Part shown: positions 20,810 through 31,247 of the stretch, in pieces
Numbering within the stretch: the first letter of the stretch is position 1
Layout of the letters: every line of letters begins with the position of its first letter
IMG/VR virus record: IMGVR_UViG_3300032313_001035
From: a virus
Strand: one strand, 5' to 3'
Length of the DNA stretch: 64,000 nt
Position numbers and translations under genes: made by a program
Notes under the pieces: generated by a model
What the model was told of the DNA's origin: nothing
Database searches by the model: none
The model's input: the letters and a program-made list of their open reading frames with translations, nothing else

Positions 20810-22692
20810 TGAGAAATAAAATTGAAATACTCAGAGCAGTTTGCTTCTCAAAAGATGATATTAAAACTTATAATAATCTACCTTTCGAGTTTAAAAATAT
20901 TGAGATAGAATTCATGGAGGAATTTAAAAAAATCTATGAACTGGGATTGAATCAATTGGAACGTTTTATCATAAAATTAGATAAGGATGGGAATCAATTA
21001 GAACCACAAGACATCCAGTATTACGTCAAACAATTGTTAAATGGACCTTATAGCACATATGCTGCCGAATTGGGTAGAGGTAAAAAATATTTCATCCCTA
21101 CAACCGACAATATTGGTATTCTTCGAAATAACGAAACAACTGGATCATCCACTTCTTTGTATATAGATGACAAATATCCAATTGAAATACCAACGGATAT
21201 TTTGAATAAAACACCTTTGTCTATACAGAATATGATCAAAGTGTCTACTGAGACGGTTGAGGTTTTATTTCGTTCATCATTATTCACTAGTATAGCATAT
21301 GATAACACGTTACCTATAGTCGATAAGAAAAACCAAACAAGATATACTCAAGAAAAAAGTGGTGCATGGTTACAACAAGCTCATGGCAACTTCAACGTTA
21401 AGGATGCTTATTACAGAACCAAAATGGAGCCAGCTAGAGCCGAAATCACTGGTATTGTTCGTAGTGACATTGGTGATGAGAGATATAGAGTTTATGAAGA
21501 TAAAAAACAATTTTCGCCATTTAATCCATATTCAAATAATGGATATTCCGCTAATTTTGTTGTTGAGAAAAAAATAACCAATGGTGCAAATACTCAAGTT
21601 TTTAAACAAGATATATACGGCAATGTTATTGATGATCGAAATACCAAAATCGTGGTAAATGATAAATCATCAAATAAAGAATTTTTACCAAATACCGTAA
21701 GTGGACAATTGAGCTATTCTAATAAAGGAAAAAAACGAGAAGATTCAATTACGAACAAACTGGCAATTGTCGATCAAGCATTAAATATCGCTGAACAATC
21801 AGGATTGATCAATCTAGGACAATTTGGAGTCAATTCTAGAGGATTGTTGGTTCTGGCTTCACAAGCTGGAACTAGTAGTGGTAGAGAATTACTGGTCAAC
21901 ATCGGTAAAAATAAACTTATAACCGTAGGTAGACAAATTCTTGGAAACGTTGGTAATCAATTGAGCAACGCTACAGGTGGTATTATCGGCATATCAAATG
22001 GTGGCGATTTGGGTATTACGATAGCAGGTCAAGTATTTACTAAAGTAGATGGCAAAATTCATTCTAATGTTGGTAATCTATTGATAAATCGTCTCGGTGG
22101 ACAGATACTGAATAATACCAGTGATCAACTTATAGATATTAGTGGTAGAACCATAGCAACCATTGGTAATCAATTTGGACTTAATGTGAATACTCAAATG
22201 TTTGGAAATGTCGCTGGTGATGTGCTCAGTAATATCAGCAGCCAATTATTCAATAGTAATGGTCGCATATCTTTTGACGGAATAGGTGAGCAGATATTGA
22301 ATAATGTGGGTGGTCAATTGTTTGGCAATTATAATGGACAAACATTTAATAATATAGGTGGACAAATGGGCTTGAATATAGGAAATGAATTGGTCAATAC
22401 TAGCGGTCAATTATTTGGAAATAATGTATCGAACATATTAGGTATAAATAATATATCTAATAATATAAGCGCACAAATTGGTAATAATATAAGTAATGTA
22501 TTAGGTTTGAATACAATATCCACTAACATATCAAATAACATAGCAAATATTGGACAATTAGCTATTAATAGACTGAGCGATATAGGTGCTAATATAGCTC
22601 GACAAGTTGGTCAAAATATTGTTAATATTAGCAAAGCCGTAACAGTGCAAATTAGAAACTCCGTATCGTCTATAGTTAGAGGATTTTTTTAA
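20809..22692 (+). CDS. hypothetical structural protein with Gly/Asn/Gln/Ile-rich C-terminal repeats
   Basis: long ORF coupled to hub gene; repeated N(I/V)GGQ(L/I)(F/L). Confidence 0.6.
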   Translation: MRNKIEILRAVCFSKDDIKTYNNLPFEFKNIEIEFMEEFKKIYELGLNQLERFIIKLDKDGNQLEPQDIQYYVKQLLNGPYSTYAAELGRGKKYFIPTTDNIGILRNNETTGSSTSLYIDDKYPIEIPTDILNKTPLSIQNMIKVSTETVEVLFRSSLFTSIAYDNTLPIVDKKNQTRYTQEKSGAWLQQAHGNFNVKDAYYRTKMEPARAEITGIVRSDIGDERYRVYEDKKQFSPFNPYSNNGYSANFVVEKKITNGANTQVFKQDIYGNVIDDRNTKIVVNDKSSNKEFLPNTVSGQLSYSNKGKKREDSITNKLAIVDQALNIAEQSGLINLGQFGVNSRGLLVLASQAGTSSGRELLVNIGKNKLITVGRQILGNVGNQLSNATGGIIGISNGGDLGITIAGQVFTKVDGKIHSNVGNLLINRLGGQILNNTSDQLIDISGRTIATIGNQFGLNVNTQMFGNVAGDVLSNISSQLFNSNGRISFDGIGEQILNNVGGQLFGNYNGQTFNNIGGQMGLNIGNELVNTSGQLFGNNVSNILGINNISNNISAQIGNNISNVLGLNTISTNISNNIANIGQLAINRLSDIGANIARQVGQNIVNISKAVTVQIRNSVSSIVRGFF

Positions 22693-23162
22693 ACATCCAC
22701 CACGGTTTCAGGATTGTTCTTGCTATCCAATAATTTAAGAATATCGTTTCTAGTAAACGTTAAGCGTGGAGTATTATCATCATCTGCTTTGGTTGTTTTG
22801 GAGTCGATATTCATTTGTGCTATTTCTTTTTGTGCTTTTATTTTATCATCTGATAATTTCAATTTTGATAAAGATTCGATTGCGGAAGTGGTCGCTTTAA
22901 CCAGTTCCGATACGGATTCAATTAGTTTAGCGTCAGCACCCGCTATCACTTCTATTTTCATTTTTTCAACCATTTCTAAAGAATGGTTTACGATTTTACC
23001 AGCATTGGTAATTACAAAATTTTCCAGATCTTCTTTTGTCAAAGGGTCTGGTTCTTTGATTGGTTGGTTTAAATGTTTGGTTTGATTTTTAATTTGTGAA
23101 ATGATGTTTTCCACTTCATTATCCACGTCATCATCCAAAAAATTGTCCTCATCTTCAATCAT
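22689..23162 (-). CDS. terminase small subunit-like protein (gp16-like)
   Basis: acidic N-terminus, AKLIESVSELVKA helix, C-terminal TRNDILKLL; minus-strand TAAATA at 23168-23173. Confidence 0.55.
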   Translation of the reverse strand: MIEDEDNFLDDDVDNEVENIISQIKNQTKHLNQPIKEPDPLTKEDLENFVITNAGKIVNHSLEMVEKMKIEVIAGADAKLIESVSELVKATTSAIESLSKLKLSDDKIKAQKEIAQMNIDSKTTKADDDNTPRLTFTRNDILKLLDSKNNPETVVDV

Positions 23163-23212
23163 ACGAATATTTAAGCTTGACAAAAGAAAAAACAATAGTA
23201 AGTTAGTTGTAT

Positions 23213-24181
23213 ATGGTTGATTTGTCCAATAAAAAAGTTCTTGTTACTGGTGGTTGTGGCTTCATTGGAAGCAACTTCATTGAAATGATTTTGAATAAAT
23301 ATTACAATTTATCAGTGTATAACATAGATAAAATGGGTATCGGGTCGAGAAGTCTCCAAGATATTCAATATAATCATCTTAATCGTTATGTTGAATATCG
23401 AAAAGATCTCAAAGACATTAGCACTGTTTTCCATGCTGAAAATATGGTTGATTTTGATTATATATTTCATTTTGCAGCAGAATCTCATGTTGATCGTAGC
23501 ATATCAGGACCGAAGTTGTTCATTGATAACAATATCATGGGAATGGTCGAACTACTTGAATGGGCTAGACAGCATCAAAAAAATGTAAAAATTATTAATA
23601 TTAGCACTGATGAAGTTTATGGACATTTGGTCAATATCGATGATCCTTCTTTTAATGAGTCAACGCCTTTTGCTCCTAGAAGTCCATATTCAGCATCCAA
23701 AGCATCTGCTGATATGATAGCGGCATCATACACCACAACATATGGTATGGATATTATTACCACACATTGCTGTAATAATTTCGGTGCTCATCAAGCTGAT
23801 GAAAAACTTATACCTACGGTTATAAAATGTTTAATACAAAATCGAGCTATACCAGTTTATGGCAATGGTCAGAATATTCGTGAATGGATTCACGTAGATG
23901 ATCACAATAAATCCATTTTGGAGATTGCCGAATTGGTAACACCTCACCGAAGATTCAATATTGGTTCAAATTTAGAAATAAATAACCTTGACATTATTGA
24001 AGTTATATCTAAGATATTGAAAGTGACACCCACTATCAATTTCGTGGAAGACCGAAAGGGTCACGATTTTCGTTATTCAATAGAATCTATCAATTATGAT
24101 AGAAAATTTAAACTAATGGATTATGAAGAAGCAATAAAAAACACAGTAGAGTTCTATAAAAATAAATACACGCTTAAATAA
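23213..24181 (+). CDS. rmlB: dTDP-glucose 4,6-dehydratase
   Basis: TGGCGFIGSN, HFAAESHVDRSI, STDEVYG, PYSASKA, EKLIP, IREWIHVDD, DRKGHDFRY. Confidence 0.95.
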   Translation: MVDLSNKKVLVTGGCGFIGSNFIEMILNKYYNLSVYNIDKMGIGSRSLQDIQYNHLNRYVEYRKDLKDISTVFHAENMVDFDYIFHFAAESHVDRSISGPKLFIDNNIMGMVELLEWARQHQKNVKIINISTDEVYGHLVNIDDPSFNESTPFAPRSPYSASKASADMIAASYTTTYGMDIITTHCCNNFGAHQADEKLIPTVIKCLIQNRAIPVYGNGQNIREWIHVDDHNKSILEIAELVTPHRRFNIGSNLEINNLDIIEVISKILKVTPTINFVEDRKGHDFRYSIESINYDRKFKLMDYEEAIKNTVEFYKNKYTLK

Positions 24182-24187
24182 AAATAT

Positions 24188-25309
24188 ATGTATAACAATA
24201 CGAATAACAACGTCGAATCGTTCAAGTCTCAAGTTATCGAGGCTAGATTAGTAAAGGGATTATCTTATTCCACCATCAAAAAACAATTTGGCGTTCCAAA
24301 GAGCACTGCTCAAGGATGGGTCAATAAACATAATGAATTATCTGATGTAGATATTGATATAATTCATAATCCACCATCGGCATATGTTCAGGCTTATGCA
24401 GCAGATAATCTACAGAGAAGTAAGCAACCCAAAAATAAAAAAACAGAAGAAGATATTCTCTCATTCTTGGAGCAATTAGCACCTGTTTCTATTCCGAACA
24501 ATGACTCGTATGCATCAGCAAAATATACTCATAATAATTTTGCTGTTGTCGGTTCAGATTTTCACTTTGGTTGTCACGATAGCAAAGCAATTGATATTTT
24601 CTTGACAACAATCGATACGTTGAATCCAAGAGTCATAGTATTGAACGGTGATACTATGGATATGTTGGCAATTTCCCGATATCCAAAAGATATTAAGAAA
24701 AATTGGTCACTACTCGACGAACGAAAAGCATATCATCAATTTTTGTCTTCGTTGATTGAAGTCTCTCGTGGAGCGGAAATTTATGAAACAGTTTCTAACC
24801 ACAGTGGTCAGAGCATTGATGGTAGATGGAGACGATATTTATCTGAACGATTGGGTGAATTGAGTTCGTTACCAGACATTTCGGAAAAATTGAGTTATCA
24901 AAATGTGTTTATGGGTGATTATCAAAAACATGTTGAACACGTTGATTTCGTAGATCTGAACGGTTTGATTGTTACTCATGGCACAACAGTTCGTAAAAAT
25001 GGTGGTTACTCTGCTAGAGGTGAAATTGAAAAATGGGGTTCTTCCATTCTCCATGGGCATACTCATAGAATAGGTAGCACATGTCAACGGATTCCTGCTA
25101 TTGGCAATCGACCAGAGAATCAAATTTACGGTTTTGAAGGTGGTTGTTTGTGTAGTTTAGATGCATCCTATGGAACAGCTTTCAACTGGCAGCAGGGATT
25201 CAGCATCGTATCATTAGGAGAAGACGAATTTTCTTTTGGTGTGGAACAAGTTATGATAAATAATGGTATAGCCAATGTTTCAACTCTTGGTTATACTATA
25301 AAGGCATGA
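24188..25309 (+). CDS. calcineurin-like metallophosphoesterase with N-terminal HTH
   Basis: SDFHFG, LNGDTMD, SNH, THG, HGHTHR; GLSYSTIKKQFGVPKSTAQGW HTH. Confidence 0.8.
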   Translation: MYNNTNNNVESFKSQVIEARLVKGLSYSTIKKQFGVPKSTAQGWVNKHNELSDVDIDIIHNPPSAYVQAYAADNLQRSKQPKNKKTEEDILSFLEQLAPVSIPNNDSYASAKYTHNNFAVVGSDFHFGCHDSKAIDIFLTTIDTLNPRVIVLNGDTMDMLAISRYPKDIKKNWSLLDERKAYHQFLSSLIEVSRGAEIYETVSNHSGQSIDGRWRRYLSERLGELSSLPDISEKLSYQNVFMGDYQKHVEHVDFVDLNGLIVTHGTTVRKNGGYSARGEIEKWGSSILHGHTHRIGSTCQRIPAIGNRPENQIYGFEGGCLCSLDASYGTAFNWQQGFSIVSLGEDEFSFGVEQVMINNGIANVSTLGYTIKA

Positions 25310-26178
25310 CAGAAACATTTAAAATTTTTTTTGAAAGACGTGAGCGCAATCCTTTGAGAAAAGAGGAACTTCGTGATGTTGGACGTATCTCTAATATAGA
25401 ATATATCGAACAGGAGAAGTCCAATCTAGACCCAGAGGATCAAGCTAAAATCGATAGAATGGTTGAATTGAAAGTTCCTGAAGAACTGATAACCAAATTT
25501 CGAAACGCCAAAATAACTGAAAAAGAAAAAAGTTTAAAACGTGATTTTCTTCGAACTAAATTAAACGAACGACAGTTGTGGTTTAAATTATTTGGTATCA
25601 AAGTGTATGTCGATGAATATGTTGAAAACCCATCAGAATTCGAGAAAAGCAGACTCAATAATTTGACTATGAGAAGAATTATAGGAGTATTGGTTAATGA
25701 GTTTAGAGATGTGTTGCCTGTTCGAAAATTTAATATTGTTGTAACAGACAATACTAAAAATCCTATATTTCAAGAACTCAGTAAAAAAATGGATGCTACA
25801 ATTCCAGGTGTTTATCGAGATCGCATAATTTATTTGAATAAATATAATATAGACGATCCAGAGTTATTGATACACGAATACTCACACTTTATTGCTGATC
25901 GAATTCCTAATGAAATTTATCCAATGTTGAAAAGGGAATATGATAAAATGTTGGAAGAATTTTTCGGCAAAAAAACAAAAAGACAAAACTTGGCAGGTAA
26001 ACGTAATAAATCTTTGAGAGCAGAAGTTGCCAAAAAAATGAATCTTCCATCTGAATACTCTGCGACTAATCCAGATGAATGGTTTGCCGAATTGATGCAA
26101 AATTGGAAAAATTTTCCAAATAATAAAAAAACATATAGATTTAAAAGTATTTTGAAAAAAATAATTGGTAGATTATGA
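25306..26178 (+). CDS. putative zinc metallopeptidase (HExxH, lethal-factor-like)
   Basis: LIHEYSHFI...SEYSATNPDEWFAE. Confidence 0.65.
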   Translation: MTETFKIFFERRERNPLRKEELRDVGRISNIEYIEQEKSNLDPEDQAKIDRMVELKVPEELITKFRNAKITEKEKSLKRDFLRTKLNERQLWFKLFGIKVYVDEYVENPSEFEKSRLNNLTMRRIIGVLVNEFRDVLPVRKFNIVVTDNTKNPIFQELSKKMDATIPGVYRDRIIYLNKYNIDDPELLIHEYSHFIADRIPNEIYPMLKREYDKMLEEFFGKKTKRQNLAGKRNKSLRAEVAKKMNLPSEYSATNPDEWFAELMQNWKNFPNNKKTYRFKSILKKIIGRL

Positions 26179-26344
26179 AAGATAAATTTAATTATGGAAA
26201 TTATATGATTTCCTATAGAAAAGAAAAAGATGGTCTTTTGCATTTCTTAAAAAAGAAAATTGATAAATTAGAAGACGCACTTAAAGAACACCACAAACTA
26301 CAGGATTTGGGGTATCATGATGTTTTAATTAAAAAATTTAATCC

Positions 26345-26533
26345 ATGAAATATACTGGGAGTATTAATAATTATTCCTTCATTATGAAGGAAGGTGATGA
26401 CGTAATTGAAGTGTGGGCAGATTTGGAGGCAACATACCCCGAATCCTACATTTACTTAAAAGAAGGAGAAATCAAAAATGAGCGACAATTTCATATGGAA
26501 ATAATGGCATGGTGGTCTAGGCATAAAAACTAG
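26345..26533 (+). CDS. hypothetical protein
   Basis: co-oriented ORF with ATGA overlap. Confidence 0.5.
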   Translation: MKYTGSINNYSFIMKEGDDVIEVWADLEATYPESYIYLKEGEIKNERQFHMEIMAWWSRHKN

Positions 26534-26547
26534 ATTATCATGTCGCC
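26524..26547 (+). promoter_or_regulatory. phage promoter TAAAAAC-N5-TAnnnT (first of more than 20 copies)
   Basis: copies start at 26524, 28578, 29923, 31493, 33372, 34575, 38399, 39159, 42955, 44228, 47168, 50160, 51135, 52109, 53559, 55887, 57402, 59393, 61327, 61538, 62147, 62358, 62973, 63315. Confidence 0.8.
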
Positions 26548-26955
26548 ATGAGTAAAAAAGTTATTATTCTCAGAGGTTGCAGTGGTGCTGGTAAATCTAC
26601 CGTAGCTCACCTGTTTAGTGGAAAATCGGTCATTTGCACTGCTGATGATTTTTTCTATGATGAAAAAGGTGTATACAATTTCGATGCATCCAAATTGTCA
26701 GACGCTCACACTGATTGCCGTTTGAAATTTGTTACTGCTATCCATGATGATAGCATAGATACTATTATCGTGGCTAATACCAACACCCAAGAAAAAGAAT
26801 TTGATTTTTATCTTGATTATGCTAAACAACTTGATATTATGTATTTCTCTTTGGTAATCGAGAATCGCCATGGTAATGAAAATGTTCATGGTGTTCCAAA
26901 TTATGTATTGGAACGGCAAAGAGACAACATTATACAAAACTTAAGATTGATTTAA
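26548..26955 (+). CDS. P-loop polynucleotide kinase-like protein (AAA_33)
   Basis: LRGCSGAGKST, ADDFF, AHTDC, ANTNT, NVHGVP. Confidence 0.85.
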   Translation: MSKKVIILRGCSGAGKSTVAHLFSGKSVICTADDFFYDEKGVYNFDASKLSDAHTDCRLKFVTAIHDDSIDTIIVANTNTQEKEFDFYLDYAKQLDIMYFSLVIENRHGNENVHGVPNYVLERQRDNIIQNLRLI

Positions 26956-26956
26956 T

Positions 26957-27637
26957 ATGATTATAATACTGGGAGATACCCATGGTGAATGGGGGAAATT
27001 ATTTGATAAACTCAAAAGAACGAATATTACCAATTCTACTATTATTCACGTTGGGGATATGGGAATTGGTTATAGACACGATCTTGATGAAAATATCGAA
27101 TTGTTGGAGCGTATCAATGACATCTTAGCTCAAGATAATAATACAATTTTGGGTATTCGTGGTAATCACGACAATCCAAATTTTTTCAATGGTGATTATG
27201 TTTATTCTAATCTTAAATTGTTGCCTGATTACACGACAATAGATTTAGATGGTGAAAAATTTATGTTTATCGGTGGGGCTACCAGTATCGATAGAACATT
27301 GAATATTGAAAATAAGACTTGGTGGAAAGATGAAGTGTTAGTTTTGGATGAAGCAAAACTCGAAGGACAATTCTGTGATGTTCTAATAACTCATACTGCT
27401 CCAAGTTGGATTGGTCCTACAGGTCAAGGTTCGATCAAATGGTTTCTTGACAAAGACCCAACTCTGTGGGATGAATTGGTGGCAGAACGACAAAAAATGA
27501 ATCGTATAATCGAGATACTCAAACCAAAAACACATTATTGTGGTCATTTCCACATGAATTGCACAGTTAAGAATGATACTATCCACTCACGGATTTTGAG
27601 TATACACGAAATGTTGGAACATAATAAAAACTCTTAA
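26957..27637 (+). CDS. metallophosphoesterase
   Basis: GDTHG, HVGDMG, RGNHD, GGATSID, THTAP, GHFH. Confidence 0.9.
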   Translation: MIIILGDTHGEWGKLFDKLKRTNITNSTIIHVGDMGIGYRHDLDENIELLERINDILAQDNNTILGIRGNHDNPNFFNGDYVYSNLKLLPDYTTIDLDGEKFMFIGGATSIDRTLNIENKTWWKDEVLVLDEAKLEGQFCDVLITHTAPSWIGPTGQGSIKWFLDKDPTLWDELVAERQKMNRIIEILKPKTHYCGHFHMNCTVKNDTIHSRILSIHEMLEHNKNS

Positions 27638-27643
27638 AAATAA

Positions 27644-28618
27644 ATGATAAAAATATTAGTCGGTAATTGTTTAGATACATTGAAAAATGTAAAAGATGGA
27701 AGCGTTAATTGCTGTGTTACCTCGCCCCCTTACTATGGGCTACGAGATTATCAAGTCGATGGGCAACTGGGTTTGGAAGAAACACCAGAGCAATATGTCC
27801 AAAACATGGTAGAAGTGTTTAGAGAGATTAAACGAATTCTTAAAGACGATGGCACTCTTTGGTTGAATTTGGGTGATAGTTATGCTGGTAGTGGAAAGGG
27901 GAGATGGGGTGATGGTAAAAGTTATGCCACTGGCAAACAAGCTACCTCAAAAGGAACTACCAATGGTGTTTTGATTAAATCTCATACTCCTAATCTAAAA
28001 CCAAAAGATTTGATCGGTATTCCTTGGAAGGTTGCATTTGCTCTACAAGCTGATGGTTGGTATCTTCGTCAAGACATCATTTGGCACAAACCAAATCCTA
28101 TGCCAGAAAGTGTGCGTGATAGATGCACTAAAGCACATGAATATATTTTTCTTCTCAGTAAGTCTTCGAAATATTATTATGATTGCGATGCAATTAAAGA
28201 ACCTTGCAAACAGGATTGGGGAACACGTAATCGAGCAAACGGCAAATATCATAACGAAGGTACAGGATTACAACCTCACACTGGATTGGAAAAATCATAT
28301 ACTATGGCTAATAAAAGGTCTGTGTGGTCAGTCACAAGCAAACCATTCAAAGGTGCTCATTTCGCGACATTTCCTCAAGATTTGATCAAACCATGTGTTA
28401 TTGCTGGTTGTCCAGAGAATGGCGTGGTGTTAGATCCATTCGGTGGTAGCGGCACTACATCTATTGTTGCTGAAAAAAATAATAGAAATAGTATCATATG
28501 TGAAATGAATCCTGAATATGTAGAGTTAGCTAATAATCGTATCATCGGCGAATGTTCTGATGTGGACGTAGAAATTGTAAAAACCACTCTACAATCGGAA
28601 CATGATTCATCTACCTAA
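27644..28618 (+). CDS. DNA methyltransferase, beta class (N4-C/N6-A)
   Basis: TSPPYY catalytic motif, IIWHKPNPMPES, HFATFP, LDPFGGSGT. Confidence 0.92.
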   Translation: MIKILVGNCLDTLKNVKDGSVNCCVTSPPYYGLRDYQVDGQLGLEETPEQYVQNMVEVFREIKRILKDDGTLWLNLGDSYAGSGKGRWGDGKSYATGKQATSKGTTNGVLIKSHTPNLKPKDLIGIPWKVAFALQADGWYLRQDIIWHKPNPMPESVRDRCTKAHEYIFLLSKSSKYYYDCDAIKEPCKQDWGTRNRANGKYHNEGTGLQPHTGLEKSYTMANKRSVWSVTSKPFKGAHFATFPQDLIKPCVIAGCPENGVVLDPFGGSGTTSIVAEKNNRNSIICEMNPEYVELANNRIIGECSDVDVEIVKTTLQSEHDSST

Positions 28619-29690
28619 TCCAGAACAATTTATTTATCGCGATTGCGTTATCGGCGGTGATGAATGTGTCCACATCAGTCCCAATAAGATTGATGTAGAT
28701 TGGAATGATGAAAATTTGATGTTCCGTTCCATAATTCTTCGTAAATCTGATCATCATGTTGTGAGCAGAGGATTCGATAAATTTTTTAATTTGGGAGAAA
28801 ATGTCAAATCTGATAAAATGTTGGAGACTGCCAAGTCTATTGATTATTTGAATAAAGAAGACGGTTCTCTTCTCATATGGGGTTATCACAACGGTCAATT
28901 GATTCATAGAACTAGAGGCACGGTAACTGCTGAAATCATGCCGAATGGTAACGAAATTGAATTTCTTATCAATAAATATAAAAATCTTGTGGAATGGGTT
29001 AAAACTCATTCAAATTTCAGTGTTCTGACTGAATGGTTGACACCCACCAATATTATTGTTATTTCTGGTTATGATGAACCTCAATTAAAATTTTTGGGTG
29101 TAATAGATAACCAGACAGGTGAATTGATAAAATATGAAAATCTAATCGAAATAGCATTAGAAATTGATGTTCCTTTGGTCGAGCGATTTCAATACACTTC
29201 AATTAAAGAGTGTGTCCAAGATGTTAATGCTTGGAAAGGTAAAGAAGGTGTAGTTGTTTATCTTAGAAATGATAGTGATACCACTTTATTAAAAATTAAA
29301 AGCGAATGGTATTTGAAATTGCATCGAATCGCCACTGGCATGAGCAGCATCAAAAACGTTTTGGACGTATTTATGGATTCTCCTAGATATACCACGTTTC
29401 AAGAATTTTATGATTATATTGTAAGAACTATGGATTTCGAGGTGGCTGAAAAAATTAAGATTGAAATACAAAAAATCGTTGATGAGTATGCCGCATATTT
29501 AAAAATTCTCGAAAAAATTAAATTTGATGTAGACAATATTAAAAAAATAAATGATCGGAAGTCGCAAGCAAAAATAATTTTGGAAAATTATAAGGGTAGT
29601 TTATCAGCAATCGCTTTTTCGACTCTTGACAATAAGCCAATACCTGATAAAGTATTATTCAACATATTATTAGAAAATTTAAAAAAATGA
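28602..29690 (+). CDS. RNA ligase (T4 Rnl1-like)
   Basis: FDKFFNLGE, motif I KEDGSL, RTRG, EW, KEGVVV, KIKSEWY. Confidence 0.88.
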   Translation: MIHLPNPEQFIYRDCVIGGDECVHISPNKIDVDWNDENLMFRSIILRKSDHHVVSRGFDKFFNLGENVKSDKMLETAKSIDYLNKEDGSLLIWGYHNGQLIHRTRGTVTAEIMPNGNEIEFLINKYKNLVEWVKTHSNFSVLTEWLTPTNIIVISGYDEPQLKFLGVIDNQTGELIKYENLIEIALEIDVPLVERFQYTSIKECVQDVNAWKGKEGVVVYLRNDSDTTLLKIKSEWYLKLHRIATGMSSIKNVLDVFMDSPRYTTFQEFYDYIVRTMDFEVAEKIKIEIQKIVDEYAAYLKILEKIKFDVDNIKKINDRKSQAKIILENYKGSLSAIAFSTLDNKPIPDKVLFNILLENLKK

Positions 29691-29950
29691 AATATATATT
29701 AGCGACATCAAAAACCTGTGGTCCTTGCAAAGTTCTTAAAAATCAACTTGAAACCCTTGATATACAAATTGATATTAAAGATTATTCTATGCCTGAAAAC
29801 ATCAAATGGTTCAAGGACAAGTCTATTAGATCAGTTCCAGTATTACTCATCGAAGATGATAATGGTCAAGAAATTGAAATTGTTCACAGCGTCGAATCAA
29901 TTTTGCAAAAATTGACAGATGTTAAAAACAACTCTACAATAGACTCATGA
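29687..29950 (+). CDS. thioredoxin/glutaredoxin-like protein
   Basis: CGPC and IRSVP cis-Pro motif. Confidence 0.85.
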   Translation: MKYILATSKTCGPCKVLKNQLETLDIQIDIKDYSMPENIKWFKDKSIRSVPVLLIEDDNGQEIEIVHSVESILQKLTDVKNNSTIDS

Positions 29951-30129
29951 AAAAGAACAGAACCCGTAAGCAAATTGAAAAATGGGTGAAGACTCTGATT
30001 GATGAAAATGGGCTTACTTTAGAAACCATGATTGAAGCATACATGAGTGGGGTGCTTGATGGAGCAGTTGATCACAAACTCGTTGATCGTGTATTGAAGA
30101 TCATTGGTGAAAAAAATAATATATTATGA
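29947..30129 (+). CDS. hypothetical protein (leaderless)
   Basis: ATG 6 nt after the -10 of the repeated promoter. Confidence 0.6.
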   Translation: MKKNRTRKQIEKWVKTLIDENGLTLETMIEAYMSGVLDGAVDHKLVDRVLKIIGEKNNIL

Positions 30130-30320
30130 ATATTGAAAGAAAAGTTACTTGTGATATAAGTTCTATCTCTGGTGATGATGGTGAAGATAGCTTTCATCAG
30201 CGTTGGGATGAAGAATTGGAAAAACTATAAACTAAATAATAAAATGAAACTAATGAAAATATATACAGGTTCGACCTGTAACAAATAACGAGCGTTAAGC
30301 TTAATAACTATAATTAAATT

Positions 30321-30827
30321 ATGAGTGTATATTTTCTGGGTGATCCGCATCTGGGTCACAAAGCAATCGGACGTTATCGTCCATGGGTTAAAGATAGTGC
30401 GGCGAACACTGCGCTTATTCATAAACTATGGCGTGACACGATTAAAAAGAGTGACATCGTATATGTCATGGGCGATGCAGCATTCTCTGATGATGAACTC
30501 ATCGCAATGGGCAATCTGCGGGGTCGTAAGATTCTCATCAAAGGCAATCACGATGACTTTGTAAGCACTTCGCTACAGACTCAGGTGTTCGAAGAAATTC
30601 ACGGCATCATCAAGTATAAAGCTATGTGGCTAAGTCATGCACCGATCCACCCTGCGGAGCTCCGTGGCAAAAAGAATGTGCATGGACACACGCATATGAA
30701 AAGCGTTCGTACTTGGTATGGAACTCTTGACAAGCGTTACTATAATACTTGTGTCGATGTGGTTTACCCGAAGACTGGCAATATATTTGTGAATCTTGAA
30801 ACGGTTAAAAGTTATTTTGGATTATGA
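30321..30827 (+). CDS. metallophosphoesterase
   Basis: GDPHLGH, MGD, KGNHD, SHAPIHP, HGHTH. Confidence 0.9.
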   Translation: MSVYFLGDPHLGHKAIGRYRPWVKDSAANTALIHKLWRDTIKKSDIVYVMGDAAFSDDELIAMGNLRGRKILIKGNHDDFVSTSLQTQVFEEIHGIIKYKAMWLSHAPIHPAELRGKKNVHGHTHMKSVRTWYGTLDKRYYNTCVDVVYPKTGNIFVNLETVKSYFGL

Positions 30828-31036
30828 ATATTGGAGAGGAAATGAAAGATACAGTCTATCAATCACTTTGGTATTCAGTTCATAAATTAGTTCGTGATGC
30901 AGTTTGGAGCTCGGTTCATAATAGAATTAGCGGTTCATTTTTACAATGCGGTCGGTTGACATTTAACGACTCTGAATTTAGTTCAGTCCGAGATACAATA
31001 AAAGAATACAAATACCAATCGTATGATTTTAAATGA
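30824..31036 (+). CDS. SV-repeat mini-protein family member
   Basis: MNIGEE start, VWSSV, 4-residue periodicity, ends IKEY. Confidence 0.65.
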   Translation: MNIGEEMKDTVYQSLWYSVHKLVRDAVWSSVHNRISGSFLQCGRLTFNDSEFSSVRDTIKEYKYQSYDFK

Positions 31037-31238
31037 TGGTGTTGAAGATACCGTATGCTTTCATACAGGCTATCGTACAAGAACTGCGCTCATCAATGAA
31101 CTTGGCTATGCCGTATGGAAAACTGGATTGACTGTTGTTAATCAGGCAAGTGAAGGTGTCATAACAAACGGTCTAGAGGTTCGTGGTGTATTAAATGATT
31201 GCTTCTCAGAACATGAAAATATATATTATAAATTTTAA
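31023..31238 (+). CDS. mini-protein, diverged SV-family member
   Basis: overlap-coupled to the previous ORF, similar size, AVW and EHE end. Confidence 0.45.
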   Translation: MILNDGVEDTVCFHTGYRTRTALINELGYAVWKTGLTVVNQASEGVITNGLEVRGVLNDCFSEHENIYYKF

Positions 31239-31247
31239 AATTGACAT

